A stretch of DNA of 64,000 nucleotides from an uncultured Thermoplasmata archaeon (GCA_964354755.1 CAYHBA010000005.1:13014-77013), one strand, 5' to 3'. Shown: positions 9,755 to 19,474, numbered from the stretch's first letter. Numbers and translations are program-made. The notes: a model not told the origin generated them from the sequence alone.

Positions 9755-11062
9755 TCATGATATCTCCTCCAGGATTCTGCGTGCTTCAGCCTGGGTGTCC
9801 ACCTTCGGGTAATCTGTCCCCGAGGCAATCATCATCAGCCCGAACTCGTCGGACGTAACATTCCCGGTGACGCTGATAGGCTTCGCCACCAGCTTCTCGA
9901 AGAGCTGGTCCTTGATTATGCCGTGGTCCATGGCCTTAGTCGCTTCCTTCAGGCACTTGTCCAGGGACTTGCCTAGCAACCTTTCCGTGATATCTCTATT
10001 CATTATAACATTAAGAGCTCCTGTGCCATCATCCACAATTGCCTTGATGCGCAGGTCCGCGATCCCCTCCTGTTGTCCGTGCACCCTGCATACATTCTTC
10101 TGCAAAGCCCGGTTGCATTCCGGGCATCTGAACACCAGGCCGCTGCCCTCCCTGACGTCCAGAATGACGCCGTTGAGGGAGGCGTCCACCATCCCCCCGA
10201 CCCTTGAAAGGTAATCGACACTGACCACGGACGGTTTCTCGAGTTCTTCGCTGGCCGGCATCTTCTCCTTGGACTTCTCGGTATTCGTTGCGTCAAAGTT
10301 CAGCTGCGGCATGCCCCTCCATTTCCTCAGGTAGCCGCTGTTGACCTTGATGATGTCCCCCTCCTTGAACTTGGCCTTGCCCCAGCAGGTAAATGAGACT
10401 TTTCCTGTTTCATCCGCCATTATGCCGGACATGACCTCCTTCTTCTCGCCGCTGACGGTGACTTCCCTGATATCCACGGTCAGGATTCTGGCCACGACCG
10501 AGAGGTTGCCTGTGGCATCCCCCAGGTCGATTATCTTGCAGGCCTTCGCGGTTCTGGGGGCGCCCGTGCCCTTGAACTCTGGCATTTCAGATTTATCCGC
10601 CTTCACGACCCTGCCCCTGTATCCTACATTTACCTGAGGCTCCTCGCGGTACTCGGTGATATAGGCATGCTCCATCCGCACGACGTCGCCCTTCTCCAGC
10701 TTCAGGTCCGCCTTCTCCCAGATTGTGAAGGGCACAGTCCCGGATTCGTCCCCCAGTATCCCAGAGATGATTGCCGTATCCTGCCCGTCCCTCTTGATGG
10801 TCTTCTCGGTGACGAAAACGACCCTGCAGAGCAAATTCACATTTTTATCCAGCGGGGTGAGTTCTTTTATTTGCTTCTTGTCCCCTTCCGGTGAAAACGA
10901 GCTCCCGCCGTGCTTCCTGATGACGAGCCTCGCCGCCTCGTCCGCCTCGAACCTGAACTCGTCCATGTAATGCTTCAGGTCCTTCTCGATCTCTTTCCTG
11001 TCGGCATCCTTGCCGAGCGCCTTCAGAATATCCTCAACATGCTTGTTTTTCTTTTCAGCCAT
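9755..11062 (-). CDS. rpa: Replication protein A large subunit (OB folds plus Zn finger)
   Basis: GILGDESGTVPFTIW, GIMADETGKVSFTCW, RCPECNRALQKNVCRVHG, DLRIKAIVDDGTG. Confidence 0.9.
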   Translation of the reverse strand: MAEKKNKHVEDILKALGKDADRKEIEKDLKHYMDEFRFEADEAARLVIRKHGGSSFSPEGDKKQIKELTPLDKNVNLLCRVVFVTEKTIKRDGQDTAIISGILGDESGTVPFTIWEKADLKLEKGDVVRMEHAYITEYREEPQVNVGYRGRVVKADKSEMPEFKGTGAPRTAKACKIIDLGDATGNLSVVARILTVDIREVTVSGEKKEVMSGIMADETGKVSFTCWGKAKFKEGDIIKVNSGYLRKWRGMPQLNFDATNTEKSKEKMPASEELEKPSVVSVDYLSRVGGMVDASLNGVILDVREGSGLVFRCPECNRALQKNVCRVHGQQEGIADLRIKAIVDDGTGALNVIMNRDITERLLGKSLDKCLKEATKAMDHGIIKDQLFEKLVAKPISVTGNVTSDEFGLMMIASGTDYPKVDTQAEARRILEEIS

Positions 11063-11203
11063 AGGTTCACGTCCTGTTCAATGGTGAACTGTCGCAATCC
11101 CTATTCGCGGCTCGGTATTAAAGGGTTGAGGGGGGGTGGGCGAAACTACTCAAAGGATGAGAGAGACGGTTCCGTGCGAACCACGCAAGAGTTTGAAATA
11201 TGG

Positions 11204-11397
11204 ATCCCCGGCCTTCAGTTCTTTTAATGCTATCATCAGCCGGGGCATCGAGGGATTCTGCACACGCAGTGAAAAGCGCACTCGCTCGGAAGATATAGTA
11301 AAACCCCGCCCTGCCAGGCGGGGCATGCTGCTGGCAAAATGCCTGTTGGCAGATTGCCGAATGCGCTGGTGCCGAAAGGATTATTACAGCGCATTCG
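11204..11397. repeat. Cluster of palindromic repeat units
   Basis: 11204-11248 resembles 2246-2296. 11300-11331 matches the reverse complement of 19298-19329 at 30/32 nt. An 11-bp inverted repeat spans 11358-11397. Confidence 0.75.
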
Positions 11398-11422
11398 CAT
11401 ATTGCATTGTCCGGAGGTTGGC

Positions 11423-11947
11423 GTGTCCCCGATAGTCCACGGAATGATTGCTTGGCTTGTGGCAGTATTATTTGCCAAGCGGATAAATGACCGTCGGTTC
11501 ATCACAGTTGCTGGCGTTGTCCCCGACATTGACGGCATTTTCATCCTGTTGAGCAATTCCTCGTATTCGGAATTCCATCACACCTTCGGGCATTCTTTCG
11601 TGTTCGGGATTCTTGTAGCAGTCACTGTTTACGCGCTTTCTACTGACCGAGTGAAAGCATTCTTCGGGGCGCTGACAGCATTCTCGCTGCACCTTGCTGC
11701 CGATATCGTGGGGACCAATTGGTCTGTGCCAATTTTCTACCCGGTCTCTGATTTTTCAATGACCGCGGGATTGGACCATTTCCAAATATTCACCATCATT
11801 TCGGTTGTTTTCTTCGTCTCCCTGGCCCTCATAATTATCTTGATGTTCCGCAAAGGCATTTCCCCAATTGAGTTTATATCGGAGAGGCTGGACAGGTATC
11901 TTGTGGAGAAGGTTTTTCCGATGAGGATTGAGAAAAATAAAGGTTGA
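11423..11947 (+). CDS. Membrane-bound metal-dependent hydrolase (YdjM-like)
   Basis: GTG start after GGAGGT; motifs H, PDID, HHTFGHS, HLAAD; hydrophobic segments. Confidence 0.8.
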   Translation: MSPIVHGMIAWLVAVLFAKRINDRRFITVAGVVPDIDGIFILLSNSSYSEFHHTFGHSFVFGILVAVTVYALSTDRVKAFFGALTAFSLHLAADIVGTNWSVPIFYPVSDFSMTAGLDHFQIFTIISVVFFVSLALIIILMFRKGISPIEFISERLDRYLVEKVFPMRIEKNKG

Positions 11948-11977
11948 GAGAAACGAGTCTGTGCGAGAATTGAAAAA

Positions 11978-12769
11978 CTACTCTTCCAGTATGCTCTTCG
12001 GCGCGCCCGCCAGCTCCACCAGCGCCCGCGCCTCCAAAAAGTGCAGCTCTCCCGGGATCACGACAGAATGCAGCGGAGGGCCGTAGTCCGCCTCAATCAT
12101 GTTGTCGAGCAGTCCAGCCCTAACCAGGCAGTCGTTGGATCCGGCCCTTGCCACCACGCAGACCAATCTCTCCGGCGTGAGGAAGTCCTCCCCAAGCTGC
12201 TCTTCGACCTCGGCCAGGGTCTTCAGGGCCTCGTTCGCTGTCATGAACCTGTTCTGTTCCTGTTTTATATCCAGCAGGCAGAGCGTGTGCATGCCCCGGC
12301 GGAAGTTCTCCAGAGTCTTCACGTAGAAGCTGGTCGGGCTGTAGTTCGGCTCAGGGAACGGAATAGTCACTGTGCAGCCAAACTTGTAGCTCTGCAGGCC
12401 CAGGGCTGCCGGTATGGCCGTGAATGCCGACACACCCCCGATTACCTCCGTGTCAATGCCCAGGGCATGGGCCCTCAGCCTCAGGTCCACATGGGTCGTG
12501 GCGCTCATCGCATCCCCGGGGACAAGCAGGCACGCGTCCTCAGCGGCCGCATGTTCCAGGACAGTGTCCTCTGTCTCGATTGCATTCCTGTTGACTATTG
12601 TGATTTTCCTATTCAGCAGCTCCTCCAGCCTCGGGATGCTGCCCTCCTCAAGCGTGGAAGTGTAATTCTCCATGAACAGAACCTTGCAGGACCGTGCCGC
12701 CTCCATCCCCCTGAGCGTTATGCCCTTCTCGTTTCCCAGCCCCAAACCTATGAATATTAGCTTTCCCAT
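11978..12769 (-). CDS. dph5: Diphthine synthase
   Basis: LIFIGLGL, ENYTS, GDAMSATTH, GLQSYKFG, HTLCLLDI, GPPLH. Confidence 0.95.
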   Translation of the reverse strand: MGKLIFIGLGLGNEKGITLRGMEAARSCKVLFMENYTSTLEEGSIPRLEELLNRKITIVNRNAIETEDTVLEHAAAEDACLLVPGDAMSATTHVDLRLRAHALGIDTEVIGGVSAFTAIPAALGLQSYKFGCTVTIPFPEPNYSPTSFYVKTLENFRRGMHTLCLLDIKQEQNRFMTANEALKTLAEVEEQLGEDFLTPERLVCVVARAGSNDCLVRAGLLDNMIEADYGPPLHSVVIPGELHFLEARALVELAGAPKSILEE

Positions 12770-12778
12770 ATCAGCACC

Positions 12779-13780
12779 GTGAAATGTCTCTGCGCGGTCG
12801 TTCCCAAGGCAGAAGGGGAGAAGGTACGTAAAAAGCTTTCAGAGGAAGGCTTCCTGAGGTTGGACGCAAGGATTACTAGCGACGACAAGCATGTTTTCAT
12901 ACCCGTGCTGAAGATAAAGGGGCTTTTTTATCCGCTATTGGAGGTCGAGACCGAGCCTGTCGAGGTTCCGAAGAATTACAAGGAACTGTTGAACATGCCG
13001 CGCGGGCTCATGGAGCTCCTGCCGACATCCTTCGACGTGATTGGCGACATATTCGTCCTGAAGCTCATAGACGAGATACTGCCTTATGCAAAGGACATCG
13101 CGAATGCCCTCCTGGAGACTAACAGGAACGCCAAGGTCGTAGCGCTGGACCGCGGCGTCAAGGGCGAGTTTCGCACCAGGGACCTTAAGATACTTGCGGG
13201 GGAGAAGCGCACGACCACTGTCCAGAAGGAATACGGTCTCAGGTTCAGCGTTGACATTGCAAAGGTCTATTTCTCGCCGAGGCTGGCAACAGAGCACCGC
13301 CGCATAGCGGACCTGGTCCAGGACGGCGAAACCGTAATGGACATGTTCTGCGGGGTCGGCCCGTTCGCAATAATGCTGGCCAGCACCGGAAAGCCGACCA
13401 GCGTGTATGCCGTTGACAAGAATCCTGAGGCCATTGATTATTTAATTAATAATATAAAATTAAATAAAATTAATGGGATATCACCCATGCTGGGCGATGC
13501 CAGGGTTTTGGCGCCGCAGCTGCCCAGGCCCGACCGCATAATCATGAACCTGCCCCACACTGCGATAGACTATCTCGACGTGGCGCTAGGAATAGTCAAC
13601 AGGCGTGGCACGATACACCTTTACGCGATAATGGAGGAGGAGAGCAGGGAGCTGATAAGGAAGTCCATTGCCATGCTGGCTGTGGCCGAGGGCCGGGCCA
13701 TATCCTTCAAGAAGACACACGAGGTCCACACATACTCGCCCACCCAGTCCATGTATTGTTTCGACCTTATCATTGGATGA
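12779..13780 (+). CDS. trm5: Trm5/Met-10+ family tRNA methyltransferase
   Basis: FDVIGDI, KVYFSPRLATEH, DMFCGVGPFA, IIMNLP. Confidence 0.85.
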   Translation: MKCLCAVVPKAEGEKVRKKLSEEGFLRLDARITSDDKHVFIPVLKIKGLFYPLLEVETEPVEVPKNYKELLNMPRGLMELLPTSFDVIGDIFVLKLIDEILPYAKDIANALLETNRNAKVVALDRGVKGEFRTRDLKILAGEKRTTTVQKEYGLRFSVDIAKVYFSPRLATEHRRIADLVQDGETVMDMFCGVGPFAIMLASTGKPTSVYAVDKNPEAIDYLINNIKLNKINGISPMLGDARVLAPQLPRPDRIIMNLPHTAIDYLDVALGIVNRRGTIHLYAIMEEESRELIRKSIAMLAVAEGRAISFKKTHEVHTYSPTQSMYCFDLIIG

Positions 13781-13784
13781 TGCG

Positions 13785-14504
13785 TCATCGGATGAGGTTC
13801 ACGAGTTCGTCCATGGTCTGGATCTTTGTTATGTCCCTCGGAACCCCTGCCGGAATCCTCCTGCCCCTGAGAATCAGCACCGGCTTCATGCCAACTGCCT
13901 GGGAGCCGACATAGTCTTTGTCATAACGGTCCCCCACGAATATTATCTCGTCAGGCCTCAGCCCGAGGGTGCCGGCAGCATGGAGGAAAGGCCTGGGGTC
14001 AGGCTTTGAGGCTCCGGCTGTGTCCCTGCCCACGATGACATCGAACATCTCAGCCCTCAGAAGATTGCCCGGCTTCCCGGATTTGGACACGGACTCGATT
14101 ATGGCGTCCACCTCCTCCCTGTACCCGTTTGTCACTATGCCAAGGCGGAGGCCCATGGCAGACAGCCTCCTCAGCACGGGAACGGCATCGTCAAAAGCCT
14201 TCAGCCCTGCCATCTCGAACCAGCGCTGGTTGATGTACTTTCCCAGGCCTTTCTTCTTCACCCCCAGCTCCCTCATCACCTCGTTGTCCCAATCCGCATA
14301 CACCTGGTTATAATCCTCCATGGCATCGGGGCGGATGTCCCCGTGCCTGGCAAGAAATGTGGCCGTGGCCCGCCTGTGCGCCTCCTTTATCTCCACCAGG
14401 CTCTTTTCGATGCCCTTCTCCCTCAGTATCTGCTGGAAGATATCCTCGGTATCCAGGCTGGTTATCAGGGTCTCCCCTATGTCGAAGAGCACTGCACGTA
14501 TCAC
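13785..14504 (-). CDS. HAD-superfamily hydrolase
   Basis: FDIGETL, VTNG, KPDP, VGDRYDKD. Confidence 0.9.
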   Translation of the reverse strand: MIRAVLFDIGETLITSLDTEDIFQQILREKGIEKSLVEIKEAHRRATATFLARHGDIRPDAMEDYNQVYADWDNEVMRELGVKKKGLGKYINQRWFEMAGLKAFDDAVPVLRRLSAMGLRLGIVTNGYREEVDAIIESVSKSGKPGNLLRAEMFDVIVGRDTAGASKPDPRPFLHAAGTLGLRPDEIIFVGDRYDKDYVGSQAVGMKPVLILRGRRIPAGVPRDITKIQTMDELVNLIR

Positions 14505-14977
14505 GAGAGCTTCACCCCTCTCTGGCCCTGGTAGCTCCCGGAGCGCTGGGCATAGGCTTTCTCCGAAGGCGCGTCAAGCCTCTCGAAGACAATCTGGGCG
14601 AACCTTTGGCCTATGGGAATCACGACCTCCCTGTCCGATGAATTATACGCGGAGAGCGTGAGAGTGCCCTCGAAGCCCGCGTCTACTTTGCCGAAGCTGG
14701 AAATTATGCCTTTCCTGGCCCAGCTTGTCCTTATCCAGAGTTGCGTCGAGATTGTTGGGCCGCATCTCACGTATTCGAGCGTGCTGACAGCGAACCACTT
14801 TCCCGGCGGAACAGCGACGTCCCCGGATGCCTGGGTATTGCCGTCCTGCCCGACCTTTATCTCCGCAATGGTGAGGTCATACCCGTTCGGCGTGAGGTTC
14901 TTCTCGTTGAAATTCTCGATCGCCAGTTCCCCGGCCTTCATGGCCGCGAGTATGCCCCCGTCTGAAAGCACCGCCAT
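14501..14977 (-). CDS. dcd: dCTP deaminase / trimeric dUTPase family
   Basis: NLTPNGYDL, RTSWARKG, VDAGFEGTLTL, RFAQIVF, YQGQRGV. Confidence 0.85.
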   Translation of the reverse strand: MAVLSDGGILAAMKAGELAIENFNEKNLTPNGYDLTIAEIKVGQDGNTQASGDVAVPPGKWFAVSTLEYVRCGPTISTQLWIRTSWARKGIISSFGKVDAGFEGTLTLSAYNSSDREVVIPIGQRFAQIVFERLDAPSEKAYAQRSGSYQGQRGVKLS

Positions 14978-15092
14978 GGCCACGCCATACTGTTCGGCCT
15001 ACAAAATCATTGCGGAGGAAAACTACCAGCCATGATTAGCCAGGGCACTCGGTTATCCTTTGTCAACTGGGCTGGAAATTTTCCGGATGGCA

Positions 15093-15162
15093 GTTGCATG
15101 CCAGATTTATCAAAGCCTTATGGCTTTGAATTACAGCGATAAAAATATGCACGGCATGCAAC
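15093..15162. repeat. Palindromic intergenic element bounded by GTTGCATGCC/GGCATGCAAC
   Basis: Perfect 10-bp terminal inverted repeat with an internal CAAAGCC/GGCTTTG hairpin. Confidence 0.6.
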
Positions 15163-15168
15163 GGTCTT

Positions 15169-16155
15169 TCACGCCAGCCTCTGAAGGTCTCCAGCTGTGC
15201 CAATAAAAGGCTCCGCGTCGAGTTGGTCCAGCCATGCCTCTTTGCATTTGCAGCCCCCGGATTTCAGGTCGCCAGTGTCCCCGGACAGGGAGAACCTTTC
15301 GATGCACTTGAGCAGGGCTTCGTCGCATTTCCCGCAGTTGTGCACTCCGCGCTTCGATCCTCCACCGGAAGGCGAGGACATGAGCCTGGCATCAGTGAGT
15401 TTGGAGCCGCGCTCCAATACCGATATAAGGCTCCAGAGCCACGGAGGCCTGTACATTTTTTTCTTCCAAAGCCCCTCCACCAGGGTGCCGCGTTGCACGT
15501 TCATGGGATTCACCGATATCGTTTGGCTCATCTTCCCGGCCCTCTCAATCGAAGCAAGAGTATCCGCGATGGCATCGCCTTCGGTCATGTATGGGGGTTT
15601 CAGCAGGAGGTATGTGCGTACGCTGGCACCGGCATCCGCGACAGTTTTGCAGGCTCTCTCGAAGTCCTTAAAGGCAAAGCCCTTGTTGATGCACCTCGAC
15701 CTTACATCATCATTTGCCGTTTCCAGACCGATGGCAACTTCCAGGTTTTTCACATGAGCCAGCGCTGCATCCAGGGTTGTTTGGCTGACAAACTCAGGCC
15801 TGGATTCGACGAGCACATGGCTCGCCTTCTGCCCGGCAAGGCCGAGTATAGAATCCCTTGCCTTGGGCTCTATCTCCCCGGGGTCCAGGAAGCTCCCGGA
15901 TGTGTAAATTTTGATGAACGGCTGGTCCTTGTGCATATCCATGGCTTTGCTAAACTGCGCAATCAGGTCCTGGGCTCCCACGCTTTCAAGGCTGTCATTG
16001 TTGTAACCGCACATTAAACAACCCGACTTCTTGGACCAGTAACAGCCTCTGCTCCGCAGTATGACGACCAGGGCATTGACGGTCTTTCCGCCTATCACAT
16101 CTCTCTCTGCCCAGACCGACGCAGGCTCGGTCGGGTCAGCATTGCGCCTGGCCAT
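15169..16155 (-). CDS. Archaeosine biosynthesis radical SAM protein (RaSEA, TIGR01210-like)
   Basis: ILRSRGCYWSKKSGCLMCGY, KIYTSGSFLD, ESRPEF, IGLETA, YLLLKPP, YRPPWLWS, HNCGKCD. Confidence 0.9.
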   Translation of the reverse strand: MARRNADPTEPASVWAERDVIGGKTVNALVVILRSRGCYWSKKSGCLMCGYNNDSLESVGAQDLIAQFSKAMDMHKDQPFIKIYTSGSFLDPGEIEPKARDSILGLAGQKASHVLVESRPEFVSQTTLDAALAHVKNLEVAIGLETANDDVRSRCINKGFAFKDFERACKTVADAGASVRTYLLLKPPYMTEGDAIADTLASIERAGKMSQTISVNPMNVQRGTLVEGLWKKKMYRPPWLWSLISVLERGSKLTDARLMSSPSGGGSKRGVHNCGKCDEALLKCIERFSLSGDTGDLKSGGCKCKEAWLDQLDAEPFIGTAGDLQRLA

Positions 16156-16816
16156 CCACGATCCTCCCGTCCTTTATCGTCACGACATTGTCTGCATATT
16201 CAGCAATGTCTCTCTCATGGGTGACAAGTATAACTGTCCTTCCCTGTGCGGCCAGGGATTTGAAAAGCTCGATTATCTCAAGACCGGTCTGCGAATCCAA
16301 GTTGCCTGTCGGCTCGTCCGCAAGTATGATGGGCGGGTCGTTTATCAGCGCCCTGGCTATCGCCACCCTCTGGCGCTCGCCGCCGCTGAGTTCGCCCGGA
16401 TGATGCTCCGGTCTTTGGGACATGCCCACCATCTTCAGAAGTCCGTCAGCTTTCCCCTGGTCCATGCCGCCGTCGAACATGGCCGGCATGAGGATGTTTT
16501 CCCTGGCAGTGAGAGTGGGAATCAGGTTGAAGAACTGGAACACGAATCCGATATTTTCCCTGCGGAATGACGTGAGCTCCGAATCCCCCATGCTGACAAT
16601 GTCCTTTCCGTTAATCGTCACAGTCCCTGAAGTGGGCGAGTCCAGGCATCCGAGTATATGCAGCAGCGTGGATTTCCCTGCACCGCTGGGTCCCGCGATC
16701 GAAGTGAAGCTCCCTCTCCGGATGCAGAGGCTTACGCCGTCAAGGGCCCGTATGTCCACCTTTCCCATCCTGTATGTTTTGCGAATCTCAGTCATCGTTA
16801 TGATCGGCTCATTCAT
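16136..16816 (-). CDS. ABC transporter ATP-binding protein (LolD/MacB family)
   Basis: GPSGAGKST, LSGGERQR, ILADEPTGNLD, VTH. Confidence 0.95.
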   Translation of the reverse strand: MNEPIITMTEIRKTYRMGKVDIRALDGVSLCIRRGSFTSIAGPSGAGKSTLLHILGCLDSPTSGTVTINGKDIVSMGDSELTSFRRENIGFVFQFFNLIPTLTARENILMPAMFDGGMDQGKADGLLKMVGMSQRPEHHPGELSGGERQRVAIARALINDPPIILADEPTGNLDSQTGLEIIELFKSLAAQGRTVILVTHERDIAEYADNVVTIKDGRIVDGQAQC

Positions 16817-18122
16817 AGCGAAGCGCCTCCGTCGGTTCCAGCCTTGCGGCCCTCCATGCAGGGTACAGTGCGGCAAGCATTCCAACACCTATGCTTATGC
16901 CCACGACATAGCTGATGACGAAAGGCGTCATATGGGTCGGCGCGAAGAAAATCCCGCCGGCCTCGGCCTCGTACTGGAAGTCGAAGAACCCGACCAGGAA
17001 GCCACCCACCGCGCCCCCGATGACCAGGGACAGGAGAACGAGCAGTAAAGCCTCTCCGAGAACTATCTGGTAAATCCTCGGCTTCGATACTCCGACTGCC
17101 TTCAACGTGCCTATCTCCCTGCGGCGCTCGGTCACGCTCATCAGCATAGTGTTGCTGATACCCACCACCGTGATTATGCTCAGAAGCAGAATGACCGCGA
17201 GCAGCCAGCCGTCCACAGTCCTGCGCATCTCCTCCTGCTTTTCTATTTCTGTCTCATGGGCCTGAATCGTCCTCTTTATGTAGTTCTCGTTGTCGCTGAT
17301 GGCCCTGTCGTTTATGCCGGTCATGGACTTCAGGCCAGTCCGGACCTCCGTGAAATCAATGAGGGAAGCGTCCTCCACCCATATGGACACGAAGAAATAC
17401 TCGTATTCCCCGGTCGAGGGATCGTACATGCCTGTCTGCTCCTGCATGAACCTTATAGGCATTGCAGCGAAGTTGTCGTAGACGATGCTGGAGTCGAGAA
17501 TGCCGGTGATTGTCACGTTGCGAATTGTTATCAGCTGGCCGTCCAGGAAGGAAAGGGTCTCCACATCCACTATGTCACCGACCTGGGTCCCGGGGTAATT
17601 GGTCATCCAGACTTTATTACCCAACACCATCTGCGCCTCGGTGTCAGAGCTCAGGAACTGGCCCTGGACGTCCACTGTCTCACGGTTGAAGGTGATGAAG
17701 TCGTACTTTATCCCCTTCTCGGGGTCGATGCCGAAAAGCACGAACATGTCATCCGAGTCAGGCTCGACTGACTGAAGGAGGTTGATTCCTAGCGGATAGA
17801 CCTCGCCTGTCGTGTTGTGCTCATCGCAGTAACCGGCCATGAACTCTTCCATTCCCCTCAGTTCTGTGTCGTTGAACATGTCCATGTTGAAAGGGTCCAT
17901 ATTCATGAGTGTGAAGAATCCGGCTCTCTGCTCGGCAAGGGCATCTTCCTGCCTGGCTATCTCGTCCATGATATCGTCCTTCAAGCCTTGGCTAATTGAG
18001 GCGAACAGAAGGAAGAAGGCGATTACGACTGATATGCCGGTGACAGTGATGGCCGACCTTAGGCTGCGCCTCCTGACATTCCTGCCGACATACTTCAGCG
18101 CCCCGAACCTCTTGGCCGCCAT
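16809..18122 (-). CDS. ABC transporter permease (FtsX/MacB family)
   Basis: N-terminal TM helix, large extracellular domain, SVTERRREIGTLKAVG, YPAWRAARLEPTEALRYE. Confidence 0.9.
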   Translation of the reverse strand: MAAKRFGALKYVGRNVRRRSLRSAITVTGISVVIAFFLLFASISQGLKDDIMDEIARQEDALAEQRAGFFTLMNMDPFNMDMFNDTELRGMEEFMAGYCDEHNTTGEVYPLGINLLQSVEPDSDDMFVLFGIDPEKGIKYDFITFNRETVDVQGQFLSSDTEAQMVLGNKVWMTNYPGTQVGDIVDVETLSFLDGQLITIRNVTITGILDSSIVYDNFAAMPIRFMQEQTGMYDPSTGEYEYFFVSIWVEDASLIDFTEVRTGLKSMTGINDRAISDNENYIKRTIQAHETEIEKQEEMRRTVDGWLLAVILLLSIITVVGISNTMLMSVTERRREIGTLKAVGVSKPRIYQIVLGEALLLVLLSLVIGGAVGGFLVGFFDFQYEAEAGGIFFAPTHMTPFVISYVVGISIGVGMLAALYPAWRAARLEPTEALRYE

Positions 18123-18223
18123 GCTCGGGCGATTGCCTACATAGTAATAATGTATTCCTGTTATTCAATATCTATATATTCCTGTAGAGTTTTTCCCGAT
18201 TACTAATAATTGGAGATGAAACC

Positions 18224-19270
18224 ATGAACAAATGCCCGACATGTTCGAATCCCCTGAGTTATGTGCAGCAATATCAGCAGTGGTACTGCCACACATGCCA
18301 GGCCTATAAGGTCCCTGCTGTGGCTCCTGCGCAGCCGCAACATCAGCAGCAACCGGCGCAGCCCTATGCACAACCGCAGCAGCAACACCAATATCAACAG
18401 CCCGCACAACAGCAAAACCAGGGCCAATACCAGCAGCCCCATCAGGCTCCGACCCAACAGGCATACCAGCAGCAGCCTGCGCAGCAGCAATATCAACAGC
18501 CTGCACAGCAGTCGCAATACCAGGCACAACCCCAGTACGAACAGCCGGTCCAGCAACCCCTGCAGCAGCAATACGAACCGCAGCCCCAACCCATGGTCAG
18601 CGCTGACCTAGTCTGCCGGATAGAGCACTCCCCATCATTCTCAGTCCTGATATTCAGCCTGAAGCCTGGGCAGAGCGTTCTCACCGAAAAAGGGGCCATG
18701 ATGTACATGCACAACACGATAGACATCGAGACGCACGGCCGGAAGGGCGGTCTTACCACTTCCATCCTGGGCGGTGAATCCTTCTTCGTGAACACATACA
18801 CGGCCGCGCGCGGTCCAGGCGAGCTTGCCCTGGTTGGCCCGACAATGGGCGACATAAAGGCGTTGGATGTCGCATACAGGCCTATGATACTTCAGAGCGG
18901 CGCATTCCTTGCATCCCACACAACGGTAGAACTGGACACCAAGTGGCAGGGCCTCAAGGGCTTCCTCTCGGAACGGGACTTCGTCATGCTGCGGGCCTCG
19001 GGCCAGGGCAAAGTTTGGGTCACAAGCTTCGGAGCCATAATGGAGAAGAACCTGCAGCCCGGGGAGGTATTATCTGTCGACACTGGTCATCTGGTCGCAT
19101 TCCCGGACACCCTGCAGTTCTCGGTTCGCCGGGTGGGCGGCTGGAAGTCCACGCTGCTCAGCGGCGAAGGCCTCGTGACGGATTTGGTCGGGCCGGGGAA
19201 GATACTGCTCCAGACGCGGACGATACCGGCGTTCGCTGTGTCGCTGATACCGTATCTGCCTCAGAAATAG
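18224..19270 (+). CDS. AIM24/TIGR00266 family protein with N-terminal Zn ribbon and Q/P/Y-rich region
   Basis: EKGAM, GGESFFVN, SGAFLAS, VDTGHLVAF, SGEGLV, GPGKILLQTR; N-terminal CPTC...CHTC. Confidence 0.85.
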   Translation: MNKCPTCSNPLSYVQQYQQWYCHTCQAYKVPAVAPAQPQHQQQPAQPYAQPQQQHQYQQPAQQQNQGQYQQPHQAPTQQAYQQQPAQQQYQQPAQQSQYQAQPQYEQPVQQPLQQQYEPQPQPMVSADLVCRIEHSPSFSVLIFSLKPGQSVLTEKGAMMYMHNTIDIETHGRKGGLTTSILGGESFFVNTYTAARGPGELALVGPTMGDIKALDVAYRPMILQSGAFLASHTTVELDTKWQGLKGFLSERDFVMLRASGQGKVWVTSFGAIMEKNLQPGEVLSVDTGHLVAFPDTLQFSVRRVGGWKSTLLSGEGLVTDLVGPGKILLQTRTIPAFAVSLIPYLPQK

Positions 19271-19297
19271 GCGAATTCGGTTCATAGATTTATAGGT

Positions 19298-19416
19298 GCA
19301 GCATGCCCCGCCTGTTAGGGCGGGGTTTTGACAGCATTCTGGAACCGAGTGCGAATTACCCAAACATCTGGGGTATTTTGATGCAAAAAGCCCCGGGTGT
19401 AAGCCCGGGGTTGCAT
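19298..19416. repeat. Two REP-like hairpins
   Basis: 19298-19329 has a copy at 11300-11331. CCCCGGGTGTAAGCCCGGGG at 19391-19410 is identical to 36257-36276. Confidence 0.8.
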
Positions 19417-19474
19417 TTGGGAAGCTCTTGCAAAGGGGCGATTCTCTCTATCTTCCGCGGAAACACAGGCGAAG

